Positions 57,416-64,000 of a stretch of DNA of 64,000 nucleotides are shown one piece after another. Origin of the DNA: Octopus vulgaris (lineage: Eukaryota); the NCBI GenBank assembly GCA_951406725.2, contig OX597827.1, positions 7,626,001 to 7,690,000 of the forward strand, given 5' to 3'. The notes beneath the pieces were generated by a model. That model searched no databases and was not told the origin of the DNA. It saw nothing but the letters and a program-made list of their open reading frames with translations. Both the position numbers and the translations under genes were made by a program. Each line of letters opens with the position of its first letter. The stretch's first letter is position 1.

Positions 57416-59965
57416 ATATATATATATATATATATATAGAATGGGTTCTATATAATTTCCATCACCAAATTAACTCACAATCCATTGATTAGTCCAGGGT
57501 TGTAGTAGAAGACACTTGCCCAATGTGCTATATAGTGGGACTGAAACCAAAATCCCGCTGTTGCAAGTCAAGCTTCGTAGCTTCGTTGCCTGCATTTTTA
57601 TAATTGTGAGATGATTTTATGAAAATATTTGGTAGTCTTGGCATACGAAATGGCAAATACATTTCCCTAAAGAACAATGAAAAAGATGCACACTGGGTCA
57701 CCTTTGCACCTTTCAAGGCTCATTCCTGCCAATGTCAACCTCTTTTTTAATCAGATTGAATAAAGAGGGCCCAAGGACATTAGGGTTTTGAAAAGAAACC
57801 TATTGGTGAACAACCAAAAAGCCAAAACTTAACTCACTTCCCCAACTAGTCAGGTGATGAAACCTGAGTTTGATACCTGTTTCACCAGGTTGGTGCCAGG
57901 TAAAGTATTGCCCCAGGTGCCATCTTAAATTATAGAATTGCCTCCATGGAATGAGAAGATTGGTCTATTTCTCTCTCTCTCTCCCTTCCTCCCTCCTCCA
58001 CCTCCCTCCCCATCTCTCTCTCTCTCTGCTGTCTAATGCTGCCAGCTCAAATTGCAATGAAGGCCCTAGTAAATCTAAACCATACTTAATGATATCATTG
58101 AGGGTGAAGTCCAAAATTATCAGAGAAATCACATGAAGCTACAATGATCTAAACCTAAATGTTCTTTTTTAGAGTGAACAATAGTCTGCGAGAATTGTTG
58201 GTTCTTGAGCCACCTTCACTTAATACCTCAATTCATTCTCCTCTCCTTTTCTCCTCATCCACATTATGTCTTCTCCCTCTAGGATCAGCAACAAATGCTA
58301 CACACAGTTCATCTCCCCTAGTAAATCATCCCTAAGGAATTCTTTCTTTGCTTATGATTTTTCTTACAGCCATCAACTTTAAAGAGAGGCGCATCAAACC
58401 ATGTTGATCTTACTTGTCGCAAAAGGGTCTTTGATGGCCTTGAGAATAGCTCCTTCCTCTAGCTCAAACCATTAAAATAAATAAATAAATAAATAATCAA
58501 ATAAAATTGTTCCCTTGCATCATTTAAGTGCAAGGTACAAAACAGTCTACCGCACTATTCACCGCACTGAGGCTGTTTATCGTTTTCTTTCATCTCATCT
58601 CTCTCTCTCTCAACTTACATTTTTTTAAACACAATTAAGTGTTAAGACTCATTGAAGTTACATACACAAACGCATATAATCATGAACATAGGCGCATGTA
58701 CATATACACACACACACGCACATGCATACTCAACACATATACACAGTATGAATCACTGACAATCATACACATATACATACAAGCAGAAACTCATACTTGC
58801 TAACACACAAATATATACATATACATATAATCTCAACTCGTAAAAATTTACAAACACACAAACACATACACACATACACACACACACATACACACACACA
58901 CATACACACATAGATACATACACACACACAAGTATGCACACGCAAACTTCAAGCACACAAATATAATTAGTTACTAATAAAATCATGGCCACTACATCAA
59001 CAAACTCAATGGTTTACCACTGAATAAACAAACTCCCTCGAGCTGTGAAGAAACATCATTTATAAAATGTTGCTCCCTTCCTCCTCCTTTTCACTCTCTC
59101 TTTCACTTCCTCTCACTCTCTCTTTCTCTCTCAGAGATGCATACACACACATGCACATTCTTATGCATGCACATATTTTAATTAGGAAGAAAAAAATTGC
59201 AAGAAAATTTATTTTGGAGCTTCCATTAGTTGATGATAAAATGACCAAAGTATGAAATCCAATCTTTTGTTTGTTTAATAGTAATGTTGGCATTTTGGCA
59301 GGGTAATAAGATTTTCGAACTTAACCATGTTTATTCATTTATTTATTTATTTATTTTAATACCAATTATCTATATTAAAAGCGATCACTTAATATTCAAA
59401 CTAATGAATGATCAAAAGAATTTTTATTATGATGCCCTGAATACAAATTTCAAAAATTTCATAATAATTATTAACAATTTTAGAAATGAAATAAAGTTTA
59501 TTAAATAAATTTTTCAAACTGAAAAGACAACATTGCATTGAATGTTTGTGCCATGTTGCTAATGTGGTAAACTCCAATGAAACTGAAAAATCTGTGACCT
59601 GGTTTCAATTCTTTGTAGACTCAACTTCAGTTACATCCTTAATGCCCTTGAGAAAAGCATGAATATTGTACAGTCACATTTCACTAAATGTTGTGCATAA
59701 GTAAGAAATCAATATTTGATAATTATAATTAAAGAATTTCTTTTTCTGAATACTAATGAATACAATTTTTGAAATTTTATTATAGCTATTAACAATTTTT
59801 CTTAATAATGTATTTTCTGACAAATATCACGTAAATAAATTTATTGAGCTGAAAATAGAATTTGGAGTAAAATTAGCCTTAAGTAAAAATATATATGAAA
59901 AAGTAAAAAAAATAAAAATAGATAATAATTAATAAGTAGTTTTTAAAACTGTAATGAAATCTTAC

Positions 59966-62344
59966 CTGATATAATTCATCTGAGACATCGTGGAGTTGTA
60001 GTCCAACTGACGGAGACTTCCATTTATCAATATATCCAGAATGGTGTTGGCGTTTATGTAAAGTTGCTTGAGAAATGGTCTTTTTCCCATACTTTGTTTC
60101 CATAGTTACTGGCATATCATACGGAGGGTGTATTTCTCTACTGACATAGTCAACATATTTGTCATTATAAAATCCATCATTATGATGTATATTTCTACTG
60201 TTATTTTTCCTTACGATGCATATTGTCAGTGAAACTACCAGAGTAATAGAAAATATAACAGCTGCCACTAACAGGACTATCATCAAATTGATGTGAATTT
60301 TCTTAGCTGACATGGAATGGACCGGGGTTAAAACAGTGGTTGTTTTGTTGCTTGTTGTCAGTGTCAAAGATAAATTAGTCACAGTCGAGAGAATTGGTGA
60401 TCCGCTGTCTTTAGCCATAAATTGCAGGCTATAAAAGCCAGCATCACTTTGATAAATGGGACGAGTGAAAGACAATACACCAGAATATGGATTGATTTTA
60501 AATAAATTTCTTTCATTCCCACCAATAATTTCATAACTAAGGAAAGCATTCATATGAATATCCCTGTCAGAAGCTTCAAGAACTATTATATCTTGCTTAT
60601 TTTGTGAATGGTAGTGGACATCAAGACTAAAAGGATTTACGTTAGGGAATGTAAAATACGGGGGATTGTCATTTTTATCAACAACTTCCACAATAACATC
60701 CGCTGTGTTGTTAAGAGATGGTATTCCATTGTCTTTTACGAAAACCTTAAACTTATATTCACTGCACTTTTCTCGGTCCAGGGATTCAGTGGCTGAAATG
60801 AATCCAAGGTTTGAGATTTCAAATGGAAGAGCTTCTTTGCTCTTATTCAAAATTGAATAAGTCAGCTGACCTCCAGGTCCAAGGTCAGGATCAGTAACGA
60901 TAATAAAGCCAACAGGAAAATTAGGGTTTTCATTCTCGTAGATTAGAAATTTAAATAAATCCTTAGAAAACTGCGGATGAACATCATTGAAATCAGTAAC
61001 TAGAACTGAGAATCTTTTTATGGTCTTTAGGGGAGGGGTACCTTTATCTTGGCAGATCAACGTTAAGTTGAGTTTGCTTTCTCTTTCTCGGTCAACGGGA
61101 TTTTGAATGACCATTTTGTACTTCATATTTCCAAGGCTGTGTAACTGGAATAGGTGATTATCAATAGTACAAGATACATTTCCATCTTCACCCTTATTTT
61201 CATCTGTGACTTTTATGTATGCAATAAAGCTACCAACTGTTATATCTTCAGGAATAGTAATTTCACCTTCTATTGGCTCAGAAAAAAAATTCACATCAAT
61301 AGTTGGTGCACTGTTCTTCTGATTGATGACATTTATTATAACAGCTGCAGTGGAGCTCTTTGGAGGAGTACCACCATCTTCTGCTTTTACATACAAATTA
61401 TAAACTTGCTTTCTTTTTAACGAAGCATCTTGATTCAGAGAAATTTCTCCCGTTCTTTTGTTCAAATTAAAATTAGATTTTGTTGATTCTGAAGTTTTAG
61501 AAGCGAAATAATAGCTTATTCTACCATTTTCACCAACATCTCGATCATTTGCAGTAAGCGTAATGATTGGCATGCTTTGGTCATGGGAACTCATGATTGA
61601 CACATTGTATACATTTTGTTCAAACACAGGCTGATTGTCATTTTCATCTTCAACAGTAATTTGAACATTTAAGGTGTTTTGTCTTGGTGGAGTTCCAGCA
61701 TCTTGAGCTATAATTTGAAGATTATATGTAGCTTTGATTTCTCTGTCCAGCATTTGGGTTGAGGTTATTTCCAACTCAGCAGAACCATCTACTTTCTGGG
61801 ATACTGCCAATATAAATGGATCGTCTTTGGACCGTAAAAGCTGGTATGAAATCTTTGAATTTTCGAAACCAACATCACGATCAAAGGCATTTGGAATAGA
61901 TTTTGATGTTCCTTTTCCATCTGTTTCTGAAAATTGGAGTTTGATGGAGTCTTGCATGAATTCTGGAGAATTGTCGTTGACATCACTGATTATTATTTTT
62001 ATTTCAATAATACTTATGAAAGATTTTTTATTCCGAACAGCTACATCGACCATACTATGACATTCTGTATTATATTTGCAAAGAGACTCAGCATCCAAGA
62101 TCACTGCAGTATACAGTTTTCCCGTTTTTGTTACATTGAACAAATTTAAATTTCCACTCTTTTGCAGTTGACTAAATGTTATATGGTTGTACTTATGTAA
62201 TATAACATTTTCTAACACGTGAATGTCATCAGCAACATCTCCCACAATGGTGTTGGGTCCTTGACCCTCTTTTATGTGGTAGGTGATATCTGCACTGAAT
62301 GACGTCTCGAGAAGAAACATTACGATGGACACTTGTACCAGCAT
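59966..62344 (-). CDS. PCDH: Protocadherin large coding exon (signal peptide, 6 cadherin repeats, TM, proximal cytoplasmic tail); 793 codons up to a phase-0 splice donor
   Basis: ORF 59879..62344 has repeated cadherin motifs (DVNDNSPEF, LDRE, DENDNQPVF, DRDVGENG, DFNDVHPQF, DKNDNPPYF, DxGxPP), EC1 LDAESLCKYNTEC (C-X5-C), a hydrophobic N-terminus and TM LMIVLLVAAVIFSITLVVSLTICIV. CAG|GTAAGA donor at 59966/59965, after which the ORF runs into AT-rich intron-like sequence. Confidence 0.96.
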
Positions 62345-62434
62345 GTCATCAGAAGATATCCTTATTTGTGTTCTTTACAAAGAATTTGTAAAACATTTGG
62401 CTACATGTATATCTGTCACAATTACATGCTTAAT

Positions 62435-62476
62435 CTGAAATTATATGAAAAAAATGGCAGAAGATTAATATTAGTA
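62435..62476 (-). promoter_or_regulatory. 3' splice site and branch point opening the protocadherin exon at 62434
   Basis: Minus strand reads TACTAAT (62476-62470) ... TTTTTTTCATATAATTTCAG|ATTAAG. An in-frame TAA lies between this acceptor and the ATG, so upstream exon(s) would be non-coding. Confidence 0.7.
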
Positions 62477-62608
62477 AATTATATTTGTATATGATGAGTC
62501 GTATCTTAGTTATAGTTCTAGCTGAAATAAGCATCCCAGAATACATTTATTTCTCCATAAGTTCTTTATTATATTCAGTGTTTGAGATTTTGTCCCTAAA
62601 TAGTAATA

Positions 62609-62712
62609 CCACTACTACCACCACCACCAACCACCACCACCACCACCACCACCACCACCACCACCATCACCACCACCACCACCACCACCACCACCACCAC
62701 CACCATTACCAC
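62609..62712. repeat. (CAC)n tract just upstream of the protocadherin acceptor
   Basis: Direct reading. Confidence 0.9.
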
Positions 62713-64000
62713 TATAAACTATGTGAACAATGTATTCAATCTTTACTCTCCCTTATCACACACTAATTCCGACAAACTTGTTATTTTCCTTCATCTTATT
62801 TTATATGCATGTGCATGCAAATAATGTATGCCCATGCATGTGAAATTAATGTGTCCATGCATATAGTTATAAACATTTTGAGTGTTAAACTACGTAAGAA
62901 ACTTCCTTTTCCCATCCTTATTATGCCTTAAATTTTCATGAAAGAAAAGAAAATTAGAGAATAAGGTATGTTTTTGCATACATTGGGCCTCAATAAATTG
63001 TGTTAAATATTCTTTGTTTCAATACTGAAACTTGCAAGCAGCAAAATTTATCGGGCAAAAACTATCACTAGATTAACATTTTGTTGAAATATTTCTTTTA
63101 GAATACACTGCCTTTGTTTTAATTAATTATGAAAATAATGAAAGATTTAGTAAAATAACCTTGCTATTATTATTAACCTAATGTGTAGAACAAAAATTAA
63201 CATGAGATTTTAATGGAAGATTTTAATTTAGATGACTTTAAAAAGAAGTTAGCAGTAATAGCAAAAGGGTTAAATAGCAATTTCTTTTTATTTTGTTGAT
63301 TCATTGTTTCATTTATAAAAATCCCAAGGGATTTTTAATTCCCAGCCTCTAATGTTAGCCTCTGTCATGGTTCTTCAGCCGCAAAATGAGTTATTCACTG
63401 TTTTGCCTGTTTAAACATATTTATGTACGTTTACATGGTAACTTGTAGTCAAAAATAAATGAATTGAAGTCAATTAGATCCAAATAATAATGAAGGAGAA
63501 TAAGAGAATTTTAGAATAAATCTATAATTAGGTTTGAAGAAACAATTGCATTTTAGAATTGAATAAACATGGAGAAGGTAAAATACTAATATAAGTATCA
63601 TGTTATTATATGTATGTATATACTGGATTCAATGCAGCTTGTATGTCGGGAAATGAAATATGAAGTCAGAAGCTAATTTTCATGTAAAATGTGTAACTGA
63701 GCAAACATTCTAAATGTTAACAAAAATAAGAATTATCGGTTATTTTCTTTTTTCAAAGAAAGCACAGAAAAAGAAAAGGTATATGAGAAGTATGTCAAGA
63801 AATATCACAAAATTGCTATAACTAATTAGGATTGATTCTGTTTTCTGTATAGCTGAAATTTACACTTTACTTGTCAGATCTCAAGAGCAACTTCAAAATA
63901 AAAGCTATAATTCTGAGTGGCAGGTTTCAATTAATCCAAGAATGTTAAGTGTGACATTTCAACCAAGTTAATGAAAGATTAGTCAACATTTTCTCAAACT

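Noticed and set aside
57880-58420. Possible downstream protocadherin exon
   Set aside because: Reads more like a very old plus-strand L2/CR1-type 3' relic; no clean acceptor-ORF-donor on the minus strand.
59879-59965. C-terminal 28 codons of the 821-aa ORF (VRFHYSF...YIFT)
   Set aside because: They follow a consensus CAG|GTAAG donor and are AT-rich low-complexity sequence; most likely intron read-through.
60608-62149. Short ORFs overlapping the protocadherin exon
   Set aside because: Antisense or alternative-frame shadows of the real CDS.

Overview
AT-rich, microsatellite-dense eukaryotic DNA. The repeat families and the gene point to a coleoid cephalopod, most likely Octopus (inference). 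The only host gene I can support is a protocadherin on the minus strand: one large exon carrying a signal peptide, six cadherin repeats, a TM helix and the start of the cytoplasmic tail. Its ATG is at 62344, its phase-0 splice donor at 59966/59965, and a strong acceptor plus branch point lies 90 nt upstream of the ATG. The remaining ~60 kb is probably its downstream intron or intergenic DNA. It contains tRNA-derived SINEs of three families, RTE, CR1/L2-like and R4/Dong-like LINE 3' ends, Tc1/mariner/maT/pogo relics, MITEs, a non-autonomous Helitron and a 6x214-bp tandem array. Most notable: (1) a set of (TA)n-embedded fold-back elements, two of which carry minimal hammerhead-ribozyme motifs of the type known from Penelope-like elements; (2) a LINE and a SINE family sharing a covarying 3' stem-loop; (3) one SINE head joined to three different tails; (4) a twin-primed RTE insertion; (5) several long inverted repeats that could form dsRNA in the protocadherin pre-mRNA. 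All calls are by eye; no database search was run.
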